The notes under the pieces are model-generated. The model did not search any database. It was not told the origin of the DNA and saw nothing but the letters and a program-made list of their open reading frames with translations. From Candidatus Altimarinota bacterium (lineage in GTDB: Bacteria > Patescibacteriota > Gracilibacteria > UBA1369 > GCA-2718715), in the NCBI GenBank assembly GCA_041242255.1, contig JBESAV010000001.1, positions 256,001 to 320,000 of the forward strand: a stretch of DNA of 64,000 nt, written 5' to 3'. A program made the position numbers and the translations under genes. Each line of letters opens with the position of its first letter. Position 1 is the first letter of the stretch. Positions 9,982 through 18,529 of the stretch are shown here, piece by piece.

Positions 9982-12900
9982 ATGAGTACTCTAAAACTAC
10001 GCAAAATGTTTGCGGCGTTTACTCTTACTACTCTTGTAGCTTCTCTTTTCGTAGTAGCACCTGCTACTCAAGCTGCTCCTCCATCTTGGTGGACAGAAGG
10101 GACTGAACTATTAGATCAAGTTGATCCAATGTTCGGTGACGAGAATCAAGTAGAAGCTGACAAATGTAGAGTATCTGCTGTTCTTACAGTTGCACTTGGG
10201 CTTGAAGAAAACCCAGCTGCAGCAGCTAGCTTCACTGACATCCCTGCTGGGTGTGAAGGTGTAGCTGGAGCAATGGTTTCTGCGGGAATCATTATGGGTG
10301 AAGGAAACGATGGTGTAACCTTCGGTTCTGACGTTCAAATTAATCGTGCTGTATTCGCGACTATGCTATCAAGAGCTTTCAATCTTGATGAAGCTTACCC
10401 AGACGCAACTTTAACTAGTGCTGCTGAAGCTGCATTAGCTGATGCTGACTGGGCTAAACCTGCATTCGCACAAGTACAAGCTGCTGGAATTTACAAACAG
10501 TTGAGACCAGCTGACACGATCAACATCTACGAAATCACTACAGCGGTTTCTAGAGCTATGAATCCAGGTGAACCTACGGATCCTACTGATCCTACAAACC
10601 CTACTCCAGGAAACGGTGGAGATCTAGAGATTACTATCTCTGATAACACTCCTGAAAGTAGAACTGTACCAGGTGGAGTTCAAAATGCACACATTGCAAC
10701 TTTTGAACTAGAAGCTGGATCTGATGACGTTCTTCTAAGCTCTATTAGATTCGTTAAAGGTGGTATTGCTGATGACGACGCATTAGATAATATCGCTCTA
10801 TTCACAGAAGCTGGACAAAGAGTTTCTAAGGCAAAAGCTTTCAGAACTTCTGACGATTCTGCTAACGTAAACTTCCTAAGCGGAGGATTTACTGTTGAAG
10901 CTGGTGAGTCTGTTGACCTACTAGTATTCGGTGAAGTTGGATCTGTTGTTGCCAACTCTGCCTTGATTTCTGATGAATTCTTCATTCAGATTCCTTCAAG
11001 TGCTGACGTTGCTTCAAACGCTAGCTCAACTACAGTTACTAACGCTAGAAGTAACACTATGAGAATTGGTTCTGCTGACGCTGCTGAACTAGCACTAAGT
11101 GATGGTTCAACTTCTCCAAACGTTAATGTCGGAGAAAGAGCTGTTGAAGTTTACGAATTCGAAATGGAAAACAACGCTACTGATGAAACAGATATCATTT
11201 TCTATGGTATTACATTAGAAGCTGAAGGATCTTTCGACGAGGAAGACGACCTTATGAACTACGAACTTCATATTGACGGTGAACTAGTAGCTTCAACTGA
11301 AATGGGGAATGACGGTTTCGTTTCTTTCCTACTTGATGATGAAGACGGTTACGTAATTGAAGACGGAAAAACTGTTGATGCAGTTGTAAAAGCTGACATC
11401 ATGAGTGGTGCAAGTGAAACAATTGCATTCGGAATTGATTCTGAACTAGATGTTCTTGCAGCTGATGCAAGTTTCGGAACTGGTGCTAAAATCACTGGGA
11501 ACATCAACTTAACTGGAAACCTTACAAACATCGAAGCTGGAGAAATTACTCTAGTTGCTATCGATGCTGAACAAGATGAATTCACTGAAGATACAGAAGA
11601 ATTCGTACTTGGTACTGTTAGAGTAACTTCTAACGCTGGTAGAAACCTTGAACTACAAGAGTTCAGAGTTGACATCACTGAAACTGGATCATTCGCAAAT
11701 GTTTCTGCAATGATCGATCAAGTTGAAGTTGTAACTCCATTCGGAACTTACGACCTAGACCTTGATGCAAGTGGAGTTGGATCTACTGAAACTTACGAAG
11801 ACGATGCAATTGATATCCTTCTTCCAGAAGGTGAAACTTTTGACATGGTTGTAACTGTAGACATTAAATCTACTATCGCTCTAGATGGAGAAACTCTTGA
11901 AATGAGTATGCCAACTATTGATGGTACTACTGGTTCAAACTTCTACGTTGAAGAACTAGATGATGATGAAGCTGTAACTGATATTACTCCTTCTTCTCTA
12001 AGCTTCAATTCTGTAACAGGAATCGACGCTGCTCTAGACATCAGAGCTCTTACTCAATCTGACAAAACAGTTGTAGTAGGTTCTGACAACGTAATCGCTA
12101 TGAACTTCGAACTAGAAGCTAGTGATACTGAAGACATTACTGTAAATGACATTGAAGTAGAAATCGCTTCTGTTGTTGGTCCTGCGACTAATGATAATGG
12201 TACTGTTTCAAGCCTATCTCTGTACATGGGTGATACTGACGCTGCTAACCTACTAGATTCACAATCTGGATCTCAGTTAAATGGTGGTAAAGTAGAATTC
12301 GATAGCCTTGACGCTATTATCCCTGCTGGAGACACTGTTGAATTCTTCGTTCTAGTAAACGTTGTAAATGACGATACTCTAGACGGTGGACAATTCGCGA
12401 TTCAAATCGAAGATATTGACGCTGAAGACGAAGGTAACGACGACGTAACTACTACTAACTCTTCAGGAGCTGATTTAGCTGATGGAGATGAAGAAGTATC
12501 TACAAGAACTATCACTCTTGCTGGAACTGGAACATTAGAAATTACTAATGACCCAAGTGACGAAAGAGCTGACAGAAATAAACACGTACTAGGTGGTACA
12601 ACATCTGATCTAGTTGCTTCTTACGAACTAACTGCTGATAACGAAAGCATTCTTATCGAAGATCTTAACGTTGTAGTTTACTCTGCTGATGGTACATCTG
12701 CAGGTAACGCTGTTGACTACATTTCTACAGTTGAACTTATCGGAGACGATGGTGTAACTGTACTTGCTACTGAAAACGTAACAAGCGATACTGTAGTATT
12801 TGAAGACCTAGACCATGTTGTATCAGAAACTCAATCTGAAAACATGTACGTAAGAGTTAAAGCTCACGCTATCGGTGATGAGAAAGAAGGGACTCAATCT

Positions 12901-13632
12901 CTTGACTTCGGTGCTACCGGAGACAACCTAAGATTCGGTCTACAAGTTACTCAAGCTGAAGGTGTAAGCTCAGGTGATAACCTAACAGTAGGTGTTGATG
13001 GATCTGGATCTGATGTTGAATACCCAACTTCTCCAAATTCAAGACTACTAGGAGTATTGGCAGTAAGAATTACTGACATCTCTCTAGACCTTGCTGAATA
13101 CGATGGTTACACTGTAGAAGACCCTCTACAAAACGGTAGAAGAACACTTGCTATCTTGAAAATAGATACTCAAGCGTTTGGAGCTGTTCCAAATACATTC
13201 GCAGCTTCTTCAACTCAACTACAAGTTCTTGTTGAAAACCTAGCTGTAACTATTGATGGTGATTCTGACGGTATGACTGGTACAACTTTTGATACTCTTG
13301 TTCTTACAAGACTAGATAAAGGTGATGAGACTGAATATACTGTAGTCCCTTCAGCTACTAATTACGCTGATGGTACAGTTTACGCTCTTGATTTATCAGG
13401 AGTAGACCAAGGTGACCTAGAGATAACTGCAGGATCTTCTGCTTACTTCGCAATCGAAGCTACAGGAGTTTCAGCTGTTGACGGTGGATACATTCAATTA
13501 TCAATTGAAGATCTAAACACTGGTGGTGCTGGTCTTGTTTACAACACTGATGATTCAACAGGAAGCGTAGGCGTTCTAAGAATCGGAAGAAACGTAGAAA
13601 GAGGTATCGAACTTAACGAACCACAAAACTAA
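9982..13632 (+). CDS. Probable S-layer / major cell-surface protein (SLH-like N-terminus plus repeated acidic Ig-like domains)
   Basis: Signal peptide ending ATQA. SLH-like FTDIP...GIIMG...INRAVFATMLSRAF segment, then a PTDPTDPTNPTP linker and beta-rich D/E/T/V repeats. Codon bias is very strong (GCT, GAA, ACT, CTA), and the gene has its own promoters and terminator. Confidence 0.75.
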   Translation: MSTLKLRKMFAAFTLTTLVASLFVVAPATQAAPPSWWTEGTELLDQVDPMFGDENQVEADKCRVSAVLTVALGLEENPAAAASFTDIPAGCEGVAGAMVSAGIIMGEGNDGVTFGSDVQINRAVFATMLSRAFNLDEAYPDATLTSAAEAALADADWAKPAFAQVQAAGIYKQLRPADTINIYEITTAVSRAMNPGEPTDPTDPTNPTPGNGGDLEITISDNTPESRTVPGGVQNAHIATFELEAGSDDVLLSSIRFVKGGIADDDALDNIALFTEAGQRVSKAKAFRTSDDSANVNFLSGGFTVEAGESVDLLVFGEVGSVVANSALISDEFFIQIPSSADVASNASSTTVTNARSNTMRIGSADAAELALSDGSTSPNVNVGERAVEVYEFEMENNATDETDIIFYGITLEAEGSFDEEDDLMNYELHIDGELVASTEMGNDGFVSFLLDDEDGYVIEDGKTVDAVVKADIMSGASETIAFGIDSELDVLAADASFGTGAKITGNINLTGNLTNIEAGEITLVAIDAEQDEFTEDTEEFVLGTVRVTSNAGRNLELQEFRVDITETGSFANVSAMIDQVEVVTPFGTYDLDLDASGVGSTETYEDDAIDILLPEGETFDMVVTVDIKSTIALDGETLEMSMPTIDGTTGSNFYVEELDDDEAVTDITPSSLSFNSVTGIDAALDIRALTQSDKTVVVGSDNVIAMNFELEASDTEDITVNDIEVEIASVVGPATNDNGTVSSLSLYMGDTDAANLLDSQSGSQLNGGKVEFDSLDAIIPAGDTVEFFVLVNVVNDDTLDGGQFAIQIEDIDAEDEGNDDVTTTNSSGADLADGDEEVSTRTITLAGTGTLEITNDPSDERADRNKHVLGGTTSDLVASYELTADNESILIEDLNVVVYSADGTSAGNAVDYISTVELIGDDGVTVLATENVTSDTVVFEDLDHVVSETQSENMYVRVKAHAIGDEKEGTQSLDFGATGDNLRFGLQVTQAEGVSSGDNLTVGVDGSGSDVEYPTSPNSRLLGVLAVRITDISLDLAEYDGYTVEDPLQNGRRTLAILKIDTQAFGAVPNTFAASSTQLQVLVENLAVTIDGDSDGMTGTTFDTLVLTRLDKGDETEYTVVPSATNYADGTVYALDLSGVDQGDLEITAGSSAYFAIEATGVSAVDGGYIQLSIEDLNTGGAGLVYNTDDSTGSVGVLRIGRNVERGIELNEPQN

Positions 13633-13653
13633 TAATTAGTTTTCTTTCTATGG

Positions 13654-13681
13654 AAACCCCTCCTCGTGAGGGGTTTTTTTT
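13654..13681 (+). terminator. Intrinsic terminator
   Basis: AAACCCCTC-CTCGT-GAGGGGTTT plus T-run. Confidence 0.9.
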
Positions 13682-13691
13682 ATACTTAAAT

Positions 13692-13879
13692 TTATAAACA
13701 TATACACAAGTTATACACAAATCTTTACCATTAGAGATTTCTAATGCCTCATGACGGCTTCACATAATAGCTATACATTTTGTCGAGCCAGCTCCAAGAA
13801 CCTCTCCAAATAAAGCAAATCTAAAGCCTATACACTTCTAATAGCCAAATTAATCAAAAACTTTTACACTATTTGCACA
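13692..13879 (+). promoter_or_regulatory. Cluster of DnaA-box-like 9-mers
   Basis: Perfect TTATACACA at 13711-13719, with one-mismatch copies at 13692, 13700, 13862 and 13871. Confidence 0.35.
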
Positions 13880-13906
13880 ATTAATTGTTCAAAACTTATT
13901 TAAAAC

Positions 13907-14926
13907 ATGCCAACTACTCATAATAGTTTAGTCCAAAAGCTAAAAATCAACACCGATCAAAAGAACATACTTTTTATAGGTGGACCAACTGCAAGCGGTA
14001 AAACCTCACTTGCAGTCCAAATTGCACAGGAATTTAAATCATCACTAAAAACAGACTGTTCAATTATATCTGCCGATTCAAGACAGATTTATATTGGTAT
14101 GACTATATGTACTGCCAAGCCACTTGAAAGACAAACTCTTAATACAGATTTCTTAAAACCTTTAAGTTACCAAGGTGTAGATCATTACCTTTTAGACTTC
14201 GTTGAGCCAGACCAAAGATACACCTTATTTGACTTCAAAGAGCAAGCTGAACAACTCATAAAAAAACTTCACACTAAAAACCACAAAGTAATCATCGCAG
14301 GAGGAACAGGACTTTACATTGATGCTTTGATTAACAACTATCAACACCAAGCAGAGTCCACAGAAGATCCAATCTTTAGAAAGCAAATAGAAGCTGAGTA
14401 TCAACAAATAAGACATAATTTTTCTCAAGAAAAAGCAAATAAGTTTTTTTGGGAAAGATTAAAGTCCATTTCAGCTAAAGAAGCTCAAAATACGCCTGAG
14501 AATAACTGGCAAGGAGTCTTAAGGGCTATTGAGGTTATTCATACTACCGGAGAAGCAAAATCTTCTCTAAGCTCAAAATCAGAGCCAAACTTTAACTACC
14601 AGCTACTTGTTCTAAATCCACCTCGCCAAAAACTATATGACCACATAAACAAAAGATGTTTAGAGATGTTCCAGAGCGGATTGATCCAAGAAACGAAAAC
14701 TCTCCTACAAAAATTCCCTACTGATCACCCATCTATGACTAGTATCGGTTACAGAGAAGTTAACGCATATTTAGAAGGAGAAATAACAAGGGAAGAGGCT
14801 ATTCAAAAGTTTCAAAAATCCACCAGAAACTACGCCAAAAGACAACTAACATGGTTCAGAAGATACAAAGACCATCCTCATACCCAGTTCATAGATTCTT
14901 ATAAAATCCTCACTAGCAAAGCTTAA
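13907..14926 (+). CDS. miaA: tRNA dimethylallyltransferase
   Basis: GPTASGKT, SADSRQIY, TAKP, GGTGLY and TRNYAKRQLTWFR motifs. Confidence 0.95.
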   Translation: MPTTHNSLVQKLKINTDQKNILFIGGPTASGKTSLAVQIAQEFKSSLKTDCSIISADSRQIYIGMTICTAKPLERQTLNTDFLKPLSYQGVDHYLLDFVEPDQRYTLFDFKEQAEQLIKKLHTKNHKVIIAGGTGLYIDALINNYQHQAESTEDPIFRKQIEAEYQQIRHNFSQEKANKFFWERLKSISAKEAQNTPENNWQGVLRAIEVIHTTGEAKSSLSSKSEPNFNYQLLVLNPPRQKLYDHINKRCLEMFQSGLIQETKTLLQKFPTDHPSMTSIGYREVNAYLEGEITREEAIQKFQKSTRNYAKRQLTWFRRYKDHPHTQFIDSYKILTSKA

Positions 14927-14997
14927 ATTTCCCATATCCAATTTTGCTTGCCTATTCACCAACCCTACCTATAATGAATTCATAATAAAATAAATGA

Positions 14998-16683
14998 ATG
15001 AATAATGTTTCAGTACTCGGTAGAAAATGGCAATTAGCAAATAAGAATCAGTCAGAAGACATAGTTACGACTCTGTTACACAACCGAGGCATCATAGATG
15101 CAAATTTAGTAGAAAAATATTTAAACCCACAGTTTAACGACTTTCATGACCCTTTCTTGATGGAAGATATGGCGGGTTCAATCGAACGTATCCATGATTC
15201 TATCAAAAAAGGAGAGCGAATAATTGTTTTTGGTGACTACGATGTAGATGGTGTAACAGGTACAGCAATAGTTTACCTAGCCCTTCGTGAACTTGGTGCA
15301 AATGTTAGTTACAGGCTTCCTTCTCGAAACGAAGACGGATATGGCCTCAACGAAAAGCTAATTGATGAAATCCACGATGTTCATGCCAAACTCCTCATCA
15401 CTGTCGATTGTGGTATTTCTTGTAATTCTGAAATCGACTATGCCCAGTCCAAAGGTATTGATGTAATCATCACAGATCATCATACAATCCCTGAAGAAGT
15501 CCCAAAGGCTAACTTCATACTTCATCCTAAACAAGACAAAAACTACCCATTTGATGAGCTTACCGGAGCTGGAGTAGCTCTTAAGTTAGCATCTGCTTTG
15601 CTAAAGGACAAATACGACGAAAAAACTTATGAGAAAAAAATCAAAAAATACTTAGACCTAGCAACCCTCGGAACAATCGCCGATCTAGGACCACTTCAAG
15701 ATGAAAACCGTTTAATAGTAAAAACCGGCCTCAAACAAATGCAGATGACTGAATGGGAGGGTTTATACTATTTGTTAGAGATCTGTGGTCTCGACCCAGA
15801 AAGTGAAATCGACGCTAGCCACATAGGTTTCCGAATTGCTCCAAGGATAAACGCCGCTGGAAGACTTGATAGCCCATACTATGCCCTAAAGCTCTTCTTA
15901 AGTGGTGGGGTAAAAGCCAAAAAATTCGCTGAAAAACTAGAGAAAATCAATAAAGAACGCCAACGCCTAACCGAAATCATAATCAATGAAGCCGAAGATA
16001 TTGTAGCCGAACAACTAAGCAAAGAGCGTATCTTAATCGCATATCATCCAAGCTGGAAGTCAGGTCTAGTTGGTATAATTGCAGGAAGACTTTCTTCCAA
16101 TCATGCTATGCCAGTAATAATCATGGAAGAAAGAGACAATAATTATATTGGTTCAGCTAGAGGACCAGAGTACTTCGACATGGTAGAAGCTCTCCGACAT
16201 TGCGAAGATCTTTTAGAAAACTACGGTGGTCATTTGCAAGCTGCTGGTTTCACTCTTCCAAAAAAGAATCTTGATGAGTTTATTCAAAAAATCCAAAGCT
16301 ACGCTCGAGATGAGATAAGCAAGAAAGATCAAATCCCTGTCCTTGAAATAGATTCAACTCTTAAAGGAAATAGAATAACCAGAGGCCTTATCAAGGCAAT
16401 TAGCGAACTTAAACCGTTTGGTCAAAAGAACCCTAAGCCAGTCTTCATGCTGGAAGGTGTATCCTTTAAAAACGTGAAAAGAGTCGGCCAAGATAAAAAA
16501 CATGCATTAGGAAAGATAAAAGACGGCGAGCAAGAGTTCAGTTTCATAGCTTTTGGACTAGCCGATCAAATACAAGAGATAGATGCCTACAAAAACGTAA
16601 ACATTGCCTTCCACCTAGGATTAAACACATTTAGAGGGAGAACAAGCATTCAGCTTCAAGTAATAGATATCCAAATCACCTAG
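14998..16683 (+). CDS. recJ: ssDNA-specific exonuclease RecJ
   Basis: GDYDVDG, TVDCG, TDHH, GTIAD, PRINAAGRL and GGH motifs. Confidence 0.96.
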   Translation: MNNVSVLGRKWQLANKNQSEDIVTTLLHNRGIIDANLVEKYLNPQFNDFHDPFLMEDMAGSIERIHDSIKKGERIIVFGDYDVDGVTGTAIVYLALRELGANVSYRLPSRNEDGYGLNEKLIDEIHDVHAKLLITVDCGISCNSEIDYAQSKGIDVIITDHHTIPEEVPKANFILHPKQDKNYPFDELTGAGVALKLASALLKDKYDEKTYEKKIKKYLDLATLGTIADLGPLQDENRLIVKTGLKQMQMTEWEGLYYLLEICGLDPESEIDASHIGFRIAPRINAAGRLDSPYYALKLFLSGGVKAKKFAEKLEKINKERQRLTEIIINEAEDIVAEQLSKERILIAYHPSWKSGLVGIIAGRLSSNHAMPVIIMEERDNNYIGSARGPEYFDMVEALRHCEDLLENYGGHLQAAGFTLPKKNLDEFIQKIQSYARDEISKKDQIPVLEIDSTLKGNRITRGLIKAISELKPFGQKNPKPVFMLEGVSFKNVKRVGQDKKHALGKIKDGEQEFSFIAFGLADQIQEIDAYKNVNIAFHLGLNTFRGRTSIQLQVIDIQIT

Positions 16684-16736
16684 TCGTTGACTACTCAAAC
16701 TTGATCATATAGTATCAAATCTTACTTGTTACGTGT

Positions 16737-16765
16737 TTGACAAAAAAGTCGAATTACAATACAAT
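16737..16765 (+). promoter_or_regulatory. Sigma70-type promoter of the DHH gene
   Basis: TTGACA-17 nt-TACAAT; a second candidate TTGACT-17 nt-TAGTAT lies at 16687-16715. Confidence 0.65.
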
Positions 16766-16790
16766 TAATAGATTATGTTAATACTTTCTA

Positions 16791-18488
16791 ATGGTCGATT
16801 TTCAAAAAGCAACTGAAGCTATCAAACACCACGAAAACATTTTAATTCTACCTTCTAGTCCTGTTGATGGGGATAGTATAGGTAGTGCTTTAGCAGTTTA
16901 TTCTTTGCTCCAAGCAATGGGCAAAAATGCAACTGTGGTTTTAACTTCAGAGATACCAGATATATATAGGTTTTTACCAAATATTGATTCAGTACAAAAG
17001 ACCGCACAATTATATTCTGACTTTATGATTACAATTGATCTAAAAAACCAGAAATTAGAAAACATCAAACATGAAATCGTAGACAATAAAGTGAATATTA
17101 TTGTTACTCCTGAACATGGTACTTTCTCACAAGACCAAGTAGCTTTCCCAGAACCTAAAAAATATTTTGATCTACTAATAACTGTAGACTGTGCTGATCT
17201 TACTCAGCTTGGATCATTTTATAAGCAAAATTACGCAGTTTTTTCTGACATTCCATCAATAAATATTGATCATCATGTTTCCAATAAACAGTTTGGATCA
17301 CTTAATCTAGTAGACACTGCAGTATCTTCAACAACTCAGCTACTTTTCTCATGGTTTAAGTCCATGAATGCTCAGATTGATGAAGATATAGCTACATTAC
17401 TTTTAGCAGGTATCATCACGGACACTGGAAGTTTCCAAAACGCCAACACTACCCCAGAATGTTTCGATGCCGCTGCAGAATTAATCGATTTAGGTGGACG
17501 TCAGCAGGAAATCATAAGACACGTATACAAAACTAAACAGCTAAATAGCTTGAAGCTTTGGGGGAAAATTCTTTCCAAAATTCAAGTCAATGAAACCTAC
17601 AGATACCTTTGGTCATCTGCTACACAATCTGATTTCCAACAAACCGGAACTATATCTTCAGACAAAGGTGACATAATCGATGAGCTTATGTCTAACGCTC
17701 AAGAAGCAGATGTAATTCTTCTTCTCGAGGAAAAACCAGACGGAAGCCTGCACGGAAGTCTTAGATCAACTTCAGAAGCAATTGATATATCTCCAATTGC
17801 AGAAAAATACAATGGCGGAGGTCATACCATGGCTAGTGGATTCACTATTCCAAATGCAACAGTAGATACTCACCAAAACCAGATTCTAGCTGCAATTGAA
17901 GAGTTCCAAAAACAAAGAATGAATAGTCCACAAACCGAGCAAGCACCTTCAGGTGAACTAAAACCAGAACCAAATCCAAAGTCCCCAAGTCCAATATTTG
18001 AACCAACAGTTCCTGCCCAAGCAGAACTTACCTCAGATAACTCACCGACTCCTTCTACAAATACTAAAACTCAAGAAGAAGAATCTTTACCACAAGAATC
18101 TAAGCCAACAGAAACTGAAGAGCCACAAGCAAGCTATGATATTGATGTACCAAAATCGGAGTCCAATAAACTAGAACAAGATCAATCAATCAAAACTAAT
18201 CAACAAGATCAAGAAGACCTAGATAACTTACCTTCTGTTGATCAAATAATTGGTGGTAGCGACAGCGAAACACCTCAAGCTGAGTCAGTAGGCGACTCGC
18301 AGTTGCAAGACCCTTCAGAGGAGAATTTTGAGCCTCTAGACCTTGCTGAGGAACTGAATAACTTCAATCAAACTTTCCAATCAGATCCATTACAAGAAAA
18401 TCAAACTCCTAAACCAAAAGAAGAAAACATTGATAAGCTCACAAGAGATTTCGTCTCAAAAGAAGATCAAACTGAAGACTCACAATAA
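16791..18488 (+). CDS. DHH/DHHA1 phosphoesterase (NrnA-like) with a long acidic disordered C-terminal tail
   Basis: DGDSIGS, TVDC, NIDHH, TDTGSF and GGGH motifs, then about 190 aa rich in E/Q/P/S/D. Confidence 0.88.
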   Translation: MVDFQKATEAIKHHENILILPSSPVDGDSIGSALAVYSLLQAMGKNATVVLTSEIPDIYRFLPNIDSVQKTAQLYSDFMITIDLKNQKLENIKHEIVDNKVNIIVTPEHGTFSQDQVAFPEPKKYFDLLITVDCADLTQLGSFYKQNYAVFSDIPSINIDHHVSNKQFGSLNLVDTAVSSTTQLLFSWFKSMNAQIDEDIATLLLAGIITDTGSFQNANTTPECFDAAAELIDLGGRQQEIIRHVYKTKQLNSLKLWGKILSKIQVNETYRYLWSSATQSDFQQTGTISSDKGDIIDELMSNAQEADVILLLEEKPDGSLHGSLRSTSEAIDISPIAEKYNGGGHTMASGFTIPNATVDTHQNQILAAIEEFQKQRMNSPQTEQAPSGELKPEPNPKSPSPIFEPTVPAQAELTSDNSPTPSTNTKTQEEESLPQESKPTETEEPQASYDIDVPKSESNKLEQDQSIKTNQQDQEDLDNLPSVDQIIGGSDSETPQAESVGDSQLQDPSEENFEPLDLAEELNNFNQTFQSDPLQENQTPKPKEENIDKLTRDFVSKEDQTEDSQ

Positions 18489-18497
18489 AACCGAAAT

Positions 18498-18524
18498 AAA
18501 AGCCCTACTCACTAGGGCTTTTTT
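18498..18524. terminator. Bidirectional intrinsic terminator
   Basis: AAAAGCCCTA-CTCAC-TAGGGCTTTT between the convergent DHH gene and uvrA. Confidence 0.85.
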
Positions 18525-18529
18525 AGTAT

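Noticed and set aside
9982-13632. Salt-in extreme halophile inferred from acidic proteins
   Set aside because: Acidity is mostly confined to exported proteins and linkers; cytoplasmic enzymes such as MiaA, ArgS and MutL are Lys-rich
13682-13906. Replication origin (oriC)
   Set aside because: No dnaA or dnaN nearby, and the downstream plus strand looks C-rich (lagging-like). Kept only as a DnaA-box-like cluster.
14943-14960. LexA box upstream of recJ (TTTG-N10-CACC)
   Set aside because: Only one half-site matches, which is too weak to call
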